NCBI GenBank assembly: GCA_028873795.1
Contig: JAPPNP010000014.1
Span: forward strand, 7,669-71,668
Source of the DNA: Chloroflexota bacterium
GTDB lineage: Bacteria; Chloroflexota; UBA11872
DNA length: 64,000 nt
Direction of reading: 5' to 3'
The first letter of the stretch is position 1. Each line of letters begins with the position of its first letter. Made by a program: the position numbers and the translations under genes. The notes below the pieces were generated by a model that searched no databases, was not told the origin of the DNA, and saw only the letters and a program-made list of their open reading frames with translations. Below are positions 63,733 through 64,000 of the stretch, piece by piece.

Positions 63733-64000
63733 ATGCCGGAAATGGGACGGTCGCAAACCTATCGGGCGGAGGGCATCGTGCTCGGCCGGCGCGACCTGGG
63801 CGACGCCGACCGCATCGTCACTCTCTTCACGCGCGAGTTCGGACGCCGGCGCCTGGTCGCGAGGGGCTCGCGGCGGCCGGCCAGCCATCTGGCGCCCAGC
63901 ATCGAGCTGTTCAATCGCGTTCGGATCCTGGGGGTGGTGGGCTCGTCGCTCGACATCCTGTCGCAGGTCGAGGAGCTGGACTCCCACCCGCGGCTGCGGA
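63733..64000 (+). CDS. recO: DNA repair protein RecO, N-terminal part (3' end outside window)
   Basis: Absent from the ORF track because it runs off the window. ATG 63733 opens MPEMGRSQTYRAEGIVLGRRDLGDADRIVTLFTREFGRRRLVARGSRR, the RecO OB-fold N-terminus pattern. Confidence 0.75.
   Translation, partial: MPEMGRSQTYRAEGIVLGRRDLGDADRIVTLFTREFGRRRLVARGSRRPASHLAPSIELFNRVRILGVVGSSLDILSQVEELDSHPRLR

Noticed and set aside
1-64000. CRISPR arrays, insertion sequences, integrases, toxin-antitoxin pairs, prophage or defence-island genes
   Set aside because: I looked for regularly spaced direct repeats, terminal inverted repeats, and transposase, integrase or nuclease-like ORFs, and found none. The only sizeable DNA repeat is the tandem GH42-like gene duplication. 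All intergenic gaps are 210 nt or shorter.

Overview
High-G+C, very compact bacterial chromosome segment with about 65 protein genes, one tRNA, no rRNA, no CRISPR array and no recognisable mobile element. Almost all of it is housekeeping. It holds a rex gene followed by an 11-gene nuo (complex I) operon. Fatty-acid and biotin genes are split into two blocks (fabF-accB-bioY-acpP with divergent fabH; yceD-rpmF-fabD-fabG-accC-nusB-tatC). A long minus-strand run (prfA-prmC-gmk-priA-def-fmt ... rlmN-rpe, then rpmB on the other strand, yloV-recG-rsmD-coaD) mirrors the Bacillus ylo/ylb gene order as I recall it. On the plus strand come rpsU-yqeY-ybeY-ispE, tRNA-Gln, glmU-prs, three tandem CNNM/CorC-type genes and the start of recO. 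The order and content suggest a high-GC Terrabacteria lineage, possibly Chloroflexota, but this cannot be decided without a database search. Only the left 10 kb looks accessory: a partial cysteine-synthase gene, a divergent TIM-barrel ORF, and a co-directional block of two near-identical GH42-like genes, an orphan hydantoinase-A gene and an ABC-2 exporter. I did not find a convincing new multi-gene system. The best leads are: (1) the tandem GH42-like pair, in which the canonical acid/base Glu appears replaced by Gly; (2) a nuo operon with no room for nuoB, nuoE or nuoF, sitting directly behind rex; (3) a promoter, pseudo-SD and intrinsic-terminator leader in front of rpsU; (4) glmU starting 13 nt after tRNA-Gln with no SD; (5) a coiled-coil ORF in frame with coaD across a single TAG. 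Many long ORFs in the track are antisense artefacts of high G+C and were rejected.
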